A stretch of 32,000 bases of DNA from Candidatus Kuenenia stuttgartensis (GTDB lineage: Bacteria; Planctomycetota; Brocadiia; Brocadiales; Brocadiaceae), in contig NZ_LT934425.1 in NCBI RefSeq assembly GCF_900232105.1, forward strand, positions 1,560,001 through 1,592,000, given 5' to 3'. The position numbers and the translations under genes are program-made. Every line of letters begins with the position of its first letter. The first letter of the stretch is position 1. Positions 10,667 through 19,251 of this stretch are shown here, in pieces. Under the pieces are notes generated by a model. The model saw only the letters and a list, made by a program, of their open reading frames with translations. It was not told the DNA's origin and ran no database searches.

Positions 10667-10698
10667 AACAGGCTGGATTTAATCCAGCCTGTTTTTAT
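10667..10698 (+). terminator. Rho-independent terminator after glyA
   Basis: AACAGGCTGGATT (10667-10679) pairs perfectly with AATCCAGCCTGTT (10681-10693), followed by a T-run. It lies inside the extended N-terminus given for the next ORF in the track, which argues for a later gpsA start. Confidence 0.6.
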
Positions 10699-10710
10699 AT
10701 GCAAATAAAA

Positions 10711-11733
10711 ATGACTCAAAACTTTAGTGCAAAAAATATTACTGTCATTGGAAATGGTGGCTGGGGAACTGCTCTCGCCATTTTATTATACAATAAAGGC
10801 AATAAAATCGGTCTTTGGGGACATGACAAGTCTTACACTGATTATTTAAACGAAAAAAGGGAAAACACAAAATATTTAAAAGGCATTATCATCCCACCGG
10901 ATATTGCTATTACTTCTGAAATTACCGCCACATTAATGGATACGCAATTTATTCTATCCGCGACTCCCACTCCTTATTTGCGTTCAGTGCTGCTTAAATT
11001 TAAGGAGGTATTTGTCAATAAAACTCCCATCATTAGTATCACAAAAGGGATCGAAAACGAAACACTCATGCGGCCAAGCGAAATTATCCGCGATGTACTA
11101 GGAGACCCGCCGGTATCTTTGCTTTTGGGACCTAGTCATGCAGAAGAGGTTGCCCATGGCTTGCCAACTACTATTGTTGCATCTTCAAATGATTTATCTT
11201 TAGCACAAACCGTACAGGAACTTTTTACAACTGATCGGTTTAGGGTTTATACGAATACGGATATAATTGGTGTAGAAATAGGAGCTGCCCTGAAAAATGT
11301 GATTGCAATTGCCGCCGGCATATGCGACGGATTAAGTCTGGGAGACACTACAAAAGCGGCGCTAATCACCCGCGGTTTAGCGGAAATAAGCCGTCTTGGC
11401 ACTGCTATGGGTGCAAAAAAAATAACCTTTTCAGGGCTTTCCGGACTGGGCGATTTAATAACTACCTGTATCAGCCCTTATGGAAGAAACAGATGGGTGG
11501 GAGAACAAATCGGCAAAGGAAAGATGTTGGAGGAAATATTACGTGATATGAAGCAAATTGCGGAAGGGGTGTGGACAACTAAATCGGTTATCGAACTTTC
11601 AAAGAAATACCGTATTGAAATGCCGATTACCCATGAAATTTATTCCGTGTTGTTCTCTGGGAAAAAACCATTGGAGGCGCTCAACAACCTAATGCTGCGC
11701 ACCCCAAAATCAGAGATAGAAGAAATTTATTAA
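10711..11733 (+). CDS. gpsA: NAD(P)H-dependent glycerol-3-phosphate dehydrogenase
   Basis: KNITVIGNGGWGTALAILL (Rossmann fold)...GPSHAEEVA...NVIAIAAGICDGL...TRGLAEI. The start is either ATG 10711 or ATG 10699. The track start at 10663 lies before the glyA terminator hairpin (the hairpin at 10667-10698 would fall inside the extended N-terminus). Confidence 0.9.
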   Translation: MTQNFSAKNITVIGNGGWGTALAILLYNKGNKIGLWGHDKSYTDYLNEKRENTKYLKGIIIPPDIAITSEITATLMDTQFILSATPTPYLRSVLLKFKEVFVNKTPIISITKGIENETLMRPSEIIRDVLGDPPVSLLLGPSHAEEVAHGLPTTIVASSNDLSLAQTVQELFTTDRFRVYTNTDIIGVEIGAALKNVIAIAAGICDGLSLGDTTKAALITRGLAEISRLGTAMGAKKITFSGLSGLGDLITTCISPYGRNRWVGEQIGKGKMLEEILRDMKQIAEGVWTTKSVIELSKKYRIEMPITHEIYSVLFSGKKPLEALNNLMLRTPKSEIEEIY

Positions 11734-11792
11734 AATAAGGCATTAAAATATTTGTAAAAACCCTCCTAACATTTTTAAGACGTTCCATTAAC

Positions 11793-11835
11793 AAAAAAAT
11801 CCTGGCGATACGCACAGTCCGCCAGGATTTTTTTG
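11793..11835. terminator. Bidirectional intrinsic terminator between convergent gpsA (+) and the last gene of the nxr cluster (-)
   Basis: AAAAAAATCCTGGCG, a 12-nt loop, then CGCCAGGATTTTTTT. This is a 9-bp GC-rich stem flanked by an A-run on one side and a T-run on the other, so it reads as hairpin plus U-tract on both strands. Confidence 0.65.
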
Positions 11836-11849
11836 ATGTATAAAGTTGC

Positions 11850-12578
11850 TTATCTTCTTCTGGCTAATTGGAAATCTATCGTAGCAGTTTTTCCTGTCTC
11901 TACCGTGACCTCTTGTGATAATTCTTTGAGTTTTTCATGCCAGGTCTTCACCGTATATTTTCCGGGAGGAATATTATTGATGGTATAATTCCCTTCCTTG
12001 TCAGTCATAGCGAAATAAGGATTTGCCAGTGAAAGAACATAACCCGCCATTTCCGCGTGCACATTGCAAAGAAGTGGTGTTTCTCCCAAAACATCAAATT
12101 TCACTTCTTTTATAACGCCCGTTGGGTATGTACCCAGATTAAACTGTAACGCCGCGGTCGGTGGAGAAAAGACATTGTGGCGAACCGCATCACTATTGGG
12201 GAAATCCACTACTGTACCCTTTTGCAAAGCCACAACCCTTGGCACATACGTTAGGTTAAGCTGATCAACAACCGCATGTTCAGTCGGTGGTGGGAAATCA
12301 TTATTGTCGACTTTTTCAAGGAAAACGACGACATTCTCATTTGTCCTTTCCCTTTTACATGTTACTTTCCCTGTAATAGAACCACCGTTCTCAATCTTTG
12401 GGATATTTTGAACCACCCTCTTCAATTTTTGTTGCGCTTCTTCCAATTTCTTCAGGGCATCTGCTGCCTCCTCGGCACTTAAAGCTGCTTTTTCTTCTGC
12501 ATAGAGAGTTTTCAATACATTTGGCATTGATACTGCAAACATCATCGCAAGAATACCAGAAATTAAAATTCTTTTCAT
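11850..12578 (-). CDS. Secreted cupredoxin-like (type-1 Cu motif) protein with a C-terminal carboxypeptidase-regulatory-like beta-sandwich. Paralog of 30791..31534.
   Basis: MKRILISGILAMMFAVSMPNVLKTLYA looks like a signal peptide. The candidate Cu ligands are RHNVF and CNVHAEM (Cys-x2-His-x2-Met, amicyanin-like spacing). The tail YFAMTDKEGNYTINNIPPGKYTVKTW is typical of CarboxypepD_reg. I prefer the ATG at 12578, which has GGAGGAAGG upstream. The 21 extra codons in the track read through a 16-bp hairpin. Confidence 0.6.
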   Translation of the reverse strand: MKRILISGILAMMFAVSMPNVLKTLYAEEKAALSAEEAADALKKLEEAQQKLKRVVQNIPKIENGGSITGKVTCKRERTNENVVVFLEKVDNNDFPPPTEHAVVDQLNLTYVPRVVALQKGTVVDFPNSDAVRHNVFSPPTAALQFNLGTYPTGVIKEVKFDVLGETPLLCNVHAEMAGYVLSLANPYFAMTDKEGNYTINNIPPGKYTVKTWHEKLKELSQEVTVETGKTATIDFQLARRR

Positions 12579-12620
12579 AAGCCTTCGCCTTCCTCCATTT
12601 GAAAATTTACATAAAATTAC

Positions 12621-12666
12621 ACGAGCTAACAAATGTATCAACTTAAGTCAACATTTGTTAGCTCGT
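12621..12666 (-). terminator. Perfect 16-bp-stem hairpin 28 nt after the nxrA stop. Candidate partial terminator or mRNA-stability element.
   Basis: ACGAGCTAACAAATGT (12621-12636) and ACATTTGTTAGCTCGT (12651-12666) are exact reverse complements separated by a 14-nt loop. On the transcribed (minus) strand the hairpin is followed by GTAATTTTATGTAAATTTTC. Confidence 0.45.
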
Positions 12667-12693
12667 TATCACTATCGCTTTATATCTAAAAAA

Positions 12694-15600
12694 TTATGCA
12701 TCAACCTTTATTAATTCACCATTCAAAAACTTCTTCATGAAATCATTCTCATTGCCGGCAGTGTATCCGGTTTTAACAGGATCCCAAACACCTTTTCCTC
12801 CCATGCCACCATTCTCAGCCTTTGTGATCTTTACCAATGTTTCCTTTGGCACGGTATTAATACAATGATTATCCGCTTCGAAACCAAAAATAAACTTCAT
12901 CCCGATTTTAGCCTTATGGAAAAGGCTATCCAACTGGTGCATTGGCATCGACCAATCTCTTGTAATACTCTGCTGTGAACCGTAGCGGAAGCTGGACTGA
13001 TAACCGCTCGGAGACAACGCCCTACCATCCGGTCTTGTCTCATGCGCTTGTACCGTTTTGTCGGAAGAAATCCAGGCAGAATGTTTCATCATCGTACAAT
13101 TATACGGGTATGCAGGGTTGTACTTCGCCCTCAACATAAGCCTAGATACCTTATAAAAAGAATCGTTTGGCTTCCATCCTTCATATGGTCTGTCGGCAGG
13201 GTTTGCATCAACATAAACATAGTCTCCGTCCTCAATCCCTAAATCTCTTGCGGCCTGAGGATGAATATGTATTTGATGTTCACCGACACCAGGCATTCTC
13301 TTATCCATCCTGTACGGATCTCCGAAGTTATTGTTCCAGATAAAGTTCCAATCCGTAACTGCCCACTGCGAATGCACGGTATGCCTTGATTTTGGAGTCA
13401 CGCAGTAGAAGTGATACCCTTTTTCCCACAGGAAATTCTTAGTCTTCTTTGTCTCTTCCCATGATTTCTTGATATTCCTGACAGTCCTATCCTCCCAGTA
13501 TTCAGCATTTTCCGGGATGCCATAGTCATCCGGCCGAATATAAGGATTCGTACTCACAATCGCATTTGGTAAATATGGCGTAGCTTCAGGTCCTTCGCGA
13601 TGGACAATAAAGTTTTCTCCATATTCAATAATTTCAGGCTCATCATTATAAGCCTGTAGCCTTCCAGTTGGGGTATAAAATGGCAAGCTCTCGTGTACCT
13701 GTTCCCAGAATGGATGTCTCGGATATGTCCGGAATAACAGCATCGCCACACCCGGTTCTCCATACTTTCCGTTCAATATATCCTCGCATGTGTATCCCTT
13801 CATGGTCGTGCTACCATCGAGCAATCTGTTGATATACACACTCGCTCTTCCTTCAATGGCAAATTTCCAATTGTCTTCAAATCTCTTATCTCTTAGCAAT
13901 TCACCCAATTTCGACGCCATACCCGCAAGTATTTTCACATCATCTTTTGATTCATACACAGGAGTGATACCCGTTTTCCCCCATATTTGAATAAAAGGAT
14001 TTGAACAGGAATTGGTGATTTCAAATTCCTGGAATTCAACCCATGAATTTGCCGGAAACGCAAAGTCCGCGTATTCTATCGAACCTGTTATCTCAATATC
14101 GGTTGACATAATCTGTTCAATGTTTGGATTAACATTCTTCAACATTTGATAGACATGCTTCGCATTATTGATAAGATTTACGTTGGTAAACCAGAGAACC
14201 TTAGTTGGCGAAGGCATGTGCGTTTTTCCGGTAAACACCTTACGCCCATATTTTGGAGTATTCACAATCAAAGGCCTTTCACTGTGATTCCAATAGGCAA
14301 CTTCTTCATCCAGGGCACGCCCTTTAATATTTAAATCTTTCGCAGATGCATATGGGTCTAAATTTGGTTTAAACACATCTTCCGCTACCCACCCATAAAA
14401 CCCTGGGCCACTCCATTTAGAAGCCTGAAAGTTGCCAGCTTTATAATTTCCTGCCCACGTATGTGAACCAGACCCAAAGTATCCAACATTGCCCGTTAAC
14501 ATTACCGGTAAATAGTAAGACCTGTTCATCAACGTTGCATGGAAATAGTGATTTACACCTTCCCCGTAATGGATTGCAACAGGTTTTATCGTGGCAATGT
14601 CTTTCGCCAGCCTTTCGATCAGATCTTTAGGAGAATTGGTCATGCTAACCACAGAATCAATATCATAATCCCGAAGATGTATCTTATACATTTCGAGCAG
14701 CGTCATTACCTCGATTTCTTTTCCATCGATGGTTTTCAACTTAAACGAACCTTCCAAAACAGGATCTATACCTTTTTTAACCAACGTCTCACCAACATCG
14801 TCCCGTGTTATAGCTTTTGGACCTTTTGATTTTGCATCCCAGACAACAAAATCTCCGATTATCTCCCTTTGTTCATCCTTCAGACCTTGAATATGATAAC
14901 TCGGTCCATCGGAAATATCCTGTAATTTGTAATTCGGAATAATATCTTTTGGAGAAACCCTCTTTAAAGTATCAGTCCTTATCAGCAACGGGAAGTCGGT
15001 AAACTTCTTTACATAATCGGCATCATACCATTTGTTGTCAATAAGTATTTTTGTAATACCGAGGAACAGCGCAGTATCGGTGTTGTTCCGAATAGGAATC
15101 CAGTAATCCGCCTTTTGAGCTGAAGGACTATACTCAGGGGTAATAACAACAATCTTTCCACCCCTCTCCATTACCTCTGTGACCCAATGTGCTTCCGGCA
15201 TCTTGTTTTCTATTAAGTTCTTTCCTGTTTGGATCAACAACTTTGAAAAGCGGACGTCGTTCATATCAACATCCGAAGTCTGCAGGCCGTGAGAAAAAGG
15301 ATGTCCTGGAGCCTGGTCACCATGCCATGTATAGTTCGACCAGTTTCTGCCGCCTAATGCCTGGTCAGGACCAACGCCCCGGTTATGTGCATCTACAATG
15401 GCAAGGCAATTATTAAACCGATACATTCCATATTTTCCAATTACCCCAAGAAGACCCATGCCACCACGTCCTTTGAATGTACGTGTGCCGGCGCCCTGCA
15501 TCCTGTCAACCATCTCCTTTGGATACCCCTGGTCAATAAGTTTTTGCGCGCCTTCCGGGCCGCTGTATTTTTTCGTAATATGGATTATGCCCTTTGACGC

Positions 15601-16140
15601 ATAGGTAAAGGCTTCATCCCAAGATGCCCTTAATAATTCATCATTGCCCCTGTTGTCAAACATATACTTCGTCTTGTTCTCCGGCGTCAGTTCCGGAAAA
15701 CCGTCATCCGCCCATCGCTTCCACCCTTTTCGAATCAAAGGGTATCTAAGCCGGTATGGACCGTAAACTCGCCTATGAAACGTGTACCCCTTTAAACACA
15801 TCCTCGGATTCCAGTTCCTTGTCGCCTTGTTTCCATACAAATCGCTATAATTCTGGTGGTCATAGTTTTGTTCAACCCTCATCATTACATTGTTTCTAAC
15901 AAATGCTCGTATTCTGCATGCATGTGTGTCATTCGGAGAACAACAATAAGTAAATGTACGGTCATACTGATACTGATCTCTGTATACACTTTCCCATCTT
16001 CGGTCGGGATAGGTATCTAAAGGATTATCTACCACGACTGCAGGCTTTAGCAACCTGAACGCCATTGCATTCTTAGCAAGCGTCAGGGTCGCTCCGGTTG
16101 CACCGGCTACCTGTAGGAAAGCCCTCCTAGTTAGCTTCAT
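12694..16140 (-). CDS. nxrA: Nitrite oxidoreductase / nitrate reductase catalytic alpha subunit (Mo-bisPGD, type II DMSO-reductase family) with a Tat signal
   Basis: 1148 aa. The twin-arginine signal is MKLTRRAFLQVAGATGATLTLAKNAMA. An N-terminal Cys/His cluster (YCCSPNDTHACRIRAF) is the presumed FS0 site. It is NarG-sized, and its neighbours are nxrB, an NxrC-type gamma subunit and a TorD-like chaperone. Confidence 0.9.
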   Translation of the reverse strand: MKLTRRAFLQVAGATGATLTLAKNAMAFRLLKPAVVVDNPLDTYPDRRWESVYRDQYQYDRTFTYCCSPNDTHACRIRAFVRNNVMMRVEQNYDHQNYSDLYGNKATRNWNPRMCLKGYTFHRRVYGPYRLRYPLIRKGWKRWADDGFPELTPENKTKYMFDNRGNDELLRASWDEAFTYASKGIIHITKKYSGPEGAQKLIDQGYPKEMVDRMQGAGTRTFKGRGGMGLLGVIGKYGMYRFNNCLAIVDAHNRGVGPDQALGGRNWSNYTWHGDQAPGHPFSHGLQTSDVDMNDVRFSKLLIQTGKNLIENKMPEAHWVTEVMERGGKIVVITPEYSPSAQKADYWIPIRNNTDTALFLGITKILIDNKWYDADYVKKFTDFPLLIRTDTLKRVSPKDIIPNYKLQDISDGPSYHIQGLKDEQREIIGDFVVWDAKSKGPKAITRDDVGETLVKKGIDPVLEGSFKLKTIDGKEIEVMTLLEMYKIHLRDYDIDSVVSMTNSPKDLIERLAKDIATIKPVAIHYGEGVNHYFHATLMNRSYYLPVMLTGNVGYFGSGSHTWAGNYKAGNFQASKWSGPGFYGWVAEDVFKPNLDPYASAKDLNIKGRALDEEVAYWNHSERPLIVNTPKYGRKVFTGKTHMPSPTKVLWFTNVNLINNAKHVYQMLKNVNPNIEQIMSTDIEITGSIEYADFAFPANSWVEFQEFEITNSCSNPFIQIWGKTGITPVYESKDDVKILAGMASKLGELLRDKRFEDNWKFAIEGRASVYINRLLDGSTTMKGYTCEDILNGKYGEPGVAMLLFRTYPRHPFWEQVHESLPFYTPTGRLQAYNDEPEIIEYGENFIVHREGPEATPYLPNAIVSTNPYIRPDDYGIPENAEYWEDRTVRNIKKSWEETKKTKNFLWEKGYHFYCVTPKSRHTVHSQWAVTDWNFIWNNNFGDPYRMDKRMPGVGEHQIHIHPQAARDLGIEDGDYVYVDANPADRPYEGWKPNDSFYKVSRLMLRAKYNPAYPYNCTMMKHSAWISSDKTVQAHETRPDGRALSPSGYQSSFRYGSQQSITRDWSMPMHQLDSLFHKAKIGMKFIFGFEADNHCINTVPKETLVKITKAENGGMGGKGVWDPVKTGYTAGNENDFMKKFLNGELIKVDA

Positions 16141-16185
16141 AATTTCCTACTCCTTTCTAAAAAACATTTAATAGTAATACAAAAG

Positions 16186-17157
16186 TTATATAATGTGATG
16201 AGAAATCGCTTTTCTCGATTTATACATTTCAACACATCGGTCACAAGCTCCATCTTCCGCTGACCAGTTGGGAAAGTCCTGCCTTATATCTTGAACCGTT
16301 TCTATGTCTTCTTCAAGATTTTCGACCCATTTGTATGTCCTAAACTGGCACAAGGGGCAAAGAGCGCCTGGCAAAAGAATTTTTTTCTTCTGTCTTAGAT
16401 TTTCAGGAATTTTGTCATCAGATAATCTCAGAACTTTATTAACATCATCTGCCAATTCCAATATCTTTCCGTGTGTGAGGTTTTCATCATTCCAGAGTAC
16501 ATCAAAAATCGCCTTTTTTTCCTCTTCAGAGAACCCCATATAGAGGGCAGAAAATTCTTCAAATCTGCTTTCCCTACTACCAATAGTCTCTTTGCCATCC
16601 TTCAATATGCGGCTATCTACATAAATATCCCAAAAAGTGCTGTATCGCTCCGTTACAATGCACTGTTCCATAGGATTTCCCCCCAGAAACTCACTTCTAT
16701 AACCAAACGCATCGCTTAACATATCAAGTATGTGCATTATTTCGTGCCGCAAAAATTTCTCCAGAAAAATATGATCACGAAAACGCTCCGCCAAAAGCTT
16801 TACTTTCATCCTTTTTTTTGCATTTTTCCGATTCAAATCACTTACAAGGTCAGACCCTTCATCATGCTTGCTTTTTGCTTTCACTATTACTGCACCAGCC
16901 ATTAAGTCCTCTAACTCTTTAAATTCATCAAGCGCCTTTTCCACCAGCGCAACAAATCCTAGCTTGTGAAAGAAATCCCACTCCACTTTTCTGAACTGTA
17001 TTGGTCGTTCTTCAAGAGAAAAATCCTCGTATATAGGATCAACCCGAAGATGATATTCCTCTGAAAGCTTTGTATCCCCTTGTTCTTCCTTCGCCCTAAT
17101 CGCAGTGAATACAACCTCTTCAATCAAACCGGGGTCAAACTCAAGCTTCATCATCAA
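16186..17157 (-). CDS. Hypothetical cytoplasmic protein with an HExxH metallopeptidase-like motif and a C-terminal 4-Cys zinc ribbon
   Basis: 323 aa with no signal peptide. HEIMH is at residues 138-142 (nt 16732-16746, checked on the DNA) in the context FLRHEIMHILDM. CPLC (267-270) and CDRC (305-308) lie near the C-terminus. The start ATG overlaps the chaperone stop by 4 nt (ATGA at 17154-17157). Confidence 0.7.
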   Translation of the reverse strand: MMMKLEFDPGLIEEVVFTAIRAKEEQGDTKLSEEYHLRVDPIYEDFSLEERPIQFRKVEWDFFHKLGFVALVEKALDEFKELEDLMAGAVIVKAKSKHDEGSDLVSDLNRKNAKKRMKVKLLAERFRDHIFLEKFLRHEIMHILDMLSDAFGYRSEFLGGNPMEQCIVTERYSTFWDIYVDSRILKDGKETIGSRESRFEEFSALYMGFSEEEKKAIFDVLWNDENLTHGKILELADDVNKVLRLSDDKIPENLRQKKKILLPGALCPLCQFRTYKWVENLEEDIETVQDIRQDFPNWSAEDGACDRCVEMYKSRKAISHHII

Positions 17158-17963
17158 TTATCTCCCATCTCGTCAACAGAAGAAGCGCACGATAAACATT
17201 CATCAGGAGCCCCTGCTACAACATCCTGATTTAGATCTGACTCTGTGAATGTTTCGGTCTGAACGCCCAACAAGTCCATTTCTAACTTTATAAACTCCTT
17301 CATTACTTCAGAAATGGCAAAATAAAAACCGTCTATAGATTTTCTCCCGAAAAGAAGGGCAAAAAGAGGTATCCATTTACCTGCATGTTCTTTTAAAAAT
17401 TTTTTCTGAGCATCCAGGCAAATTTCAGCCTCTTCATTTCCATGATTTTCTATTGCATACGCTTGTTTATAAAGAAGAAATTGCAGAAACTCTAATTCCA
17501 CGCTGATATGATCACAGCGTTCTTTTTCTTCTTCAGAAATATCCAGACCAAACGCACGGTAAAACCCTTGTATGTCCGCTAAATCCTGCACCTGCTGAAA
17601 CACATGAGCAGCACCATATTGACCCTCATACAGAGGACAATCCTTCGATATGGTATGCCCAACTATGCGATTATATATCCGTTGTAATTTTTCTATGTCC
17701 GCTGTACTATAGAACTCCTGTACATTTTTTAAAGATTCCAACATCGCCGTCAAACTATCACCTTCCGTGTAACATCCTTTGATCTTATCCACAAGTTCAT
17801 TAAAATCCTCGCCCTCTAAAACGGAAAGTTTTTTTTCTTCAGGAAATAGATAGCATGTTGACAATACCTGATACAAAGCACTTCTCGCCAGCAAATTCCC
17901 GACTTCTGCAACTTGGTCAGTTTCCTGTAGATCACTATTATTCACAACCATAAAATACCTCAA
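17154..17963 (-). CDS. TorD/NarJ/DdhD-like redox-enzyme maturation chaperone for NxrA
   Basis: 269 aa, cytoplasmic and all-helical in appearance. LLARSALYQVLSTCYLFPEE...FYRAFGL...ELEFLQFL is the pattern I associate with TorD-family chaperones. It lies 2 nt after the nxrB stop and has a CLSC motif near its acidic C-terminus. Confidence 0.7.
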   Translation of the reverse strand: MRYFMVVNNSDLQETDQVAEVGNLLARSALYQVLSTCYLFPEEKKLSVLEGEDFNELVDKIKGCYTEGDSLTAMLESLKNVQEFYSTADIEKLQRIYNRIVGHTISKDCPLYEGQYGAAHVFQQVQDLADIQGFYRAFGLDISEEEKERCDHISVELEFLQFLLYKQAYAIENHGNEEAEICLDAQKKFLKEHAGKWIPLFALLFGRKSIDGFYFAISEVMKEFIKLEMDLLGVQTETFTESDLNQDVVAGAPDECLSCASSVDEMGDN

Positions 17964-17965
17964 AA

Positions 17966-19198
17966 TTAAATCGAGTTATAATGCTTATCGGGTCTAATGT
18001 GTATCGGTTCTTCCACCGTAGTTCGTACCACTTCCTTGCCATCTTCGCCAAATCCAATTACCGTGTCATTATACATCGTAAATTTTTTACCGTGGATCTC
18101 CGTCTCAAACACCTTCGGGCCTTCTTCGATCTTATATTCATACACAATTGTCTGAGTCATCCTGAACAATGACATTACCGCTAGCAATTCCCTTGAAGGC
18201 ACCATAAACTTTTCAATTGCCTCATCCACACCTGGCCCAAACATCTGTCTTAAATATGCCCTTGGAGCCCATCTTGGAGGAATATAATAAATGTTAGGTT
18301 CCGTGCCAAACTGTGGATACAGTGGCAGTGCTATCTTTTGATGTCTTATTAACCATGTAATCGGATTTTTCGGGTTGTCGTCAAGGAATCCCTGTAAACG
18401 TATTTGCCCAACACAAGCAGACATACATCTCGTTTCCATCGGACGTCCGTCCGTCAGTGAATCACGACCCTCAATTCTCGGATAACAGGCAATACACTTT
18501 TCACTAACCCTGGTCAAACCCCTATACATCGGCTTCTTATAAGGACACTGCTCCACACACTTCCTGTAGCCACGGCACCGTTTTTGGTCTATCAGCACAA
18601 TCCCATCTTCTTTTCTTTTGTAAATAGCCTTTCTGGGACAGGCCGCCAAACATCCGGGATAAGTACAATGATTACATATCCTCTGAAGGTAAAAAAACCA
18701 GCGGCTATGCTCCGGCAACGTTGAATATTCTCCCGGCTGATTGCTGCTCTTCGCTGTATCTTCTCCAAAATTCGGCGACCGCCACTCCTTGTCTTCCGGA
18801 ATATACCCCACTGCCCACTGGTTAATATTCTTCTTTTTTGCCACCTCGAAAATGGTATCCCCCTCATAGGTGCCATAAGGCGCTCCTGTACCATATTGCG
18901 AGGTCTCTTTGTCTTTATCATCTGTGTACCAAATGTTATCAGGACTATCAATCAACTTGAGCGTCTTAACATCCCATGATTGCGGAAATCCACCGTAAGG
19001 TTTTGTCTCGACGTTATTCCACCACATGAACTCCTGCCCTTTATTAAAAGTCCAGGTACTTTTACATGCCATGGTGCATGTTTGACATGCAATACACCTG
19101 TTAATATTAAACACGGCAGCAAATTGATGTTTCGGCCTGGATTCAAAATAGGGATACTCCATACGTCTCCCTAAATGCCAGTTATGTACAAGTGTCAT
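17966..19198 (-). CDS. nxrB: Nitrite oxidoreductase / nitrate reductase beta subunit (four Fe-S clusters)
   Basis: 410 aa. CIACQTCTMAC, CNHCTYPGCLAACP, CRGYRKCVEQCP and CIACYPR...CMSAC are NarH-type ferredoxin motifs. It has no signal peptide, so export would be by Tat hitch-hiking with NxrA. Confidence 0.9.
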   Translation of the reverse strand: MTLVHNWHLGRRMEYPYFESRPKHQFAAVFNINRCIACQTCTMACKSTWTFNKGQEFMWWNNVETKPYGGFPQSWDVKTLKLIDSPDNIWYTDDKDKETSQYGTGAPYGTYEGDTIFEVAKKKNINQWAVGYIPEDKEWRSPNFGEDTAKSSNQPGEYSTLPEHSRWFFYLQRICNHCTYPGCLAACPRKAIYKRKEDGIVLIDQKRCRGYRKCVEQCPYKKPMYRGLTRVSEKCIACYPRIEGRDSLTDGRPMETRCMSACVGQIRLQGFLDDNPKNPITWLIRHQKIALPLYPQFGTEPNIYYIPPRWAPRAYLRQMFGPGVDEAIEKFMVPSRELLAVMSLFRMTQTIVYEYKIEEGPKVFETEIHGKKFTMYNDTVIGFGEDGKEVVRTTVEEPIHIRPDKHYNSI

Positions 19199-19251
19199 CT
19201 TCTAACTCTCCTTTCGATCAACAACACAAATCTAACATTTTTAAAATTTAT

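Noticed and set aside
12579-12641. 21-codon N-terminal extension of the last cupredoxin gene, as given in the ORF track
   Set aside because: The extension reads partly into the 16-bp hairpin (its first 7 codons, 12621-12641, lie in the left arm) and lacks an RBS. The internal ATG at 12578 has GGAGGAAGG upstream and starts a typical signal peptide.
12694-16140. Annotating the large molybdoenzyme as respiratory nitrate reductase NarG
   Set aside because: The Tat signal, the EbdC-type gamma subunit in place of NarI and the cytochrome c-rich context fit the periplasmic/anammoxosomal NXR type better. The physiological direction (nitrite oxidation or nitrate reduction) cannot be read from the sequence.
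18592-19146. Same-strand alternative-frame ORFs (119 and 64 aa) inside nxrB, with similar cases inside nxrA (13554..13763), ilvB (4628..4843) and the CydA-like gene (28662..28871)
   Set aside because: They are out-of-frame overlaps with genes whose main frame has unmistakable family motifs. There is no independent start or RBS evidence.
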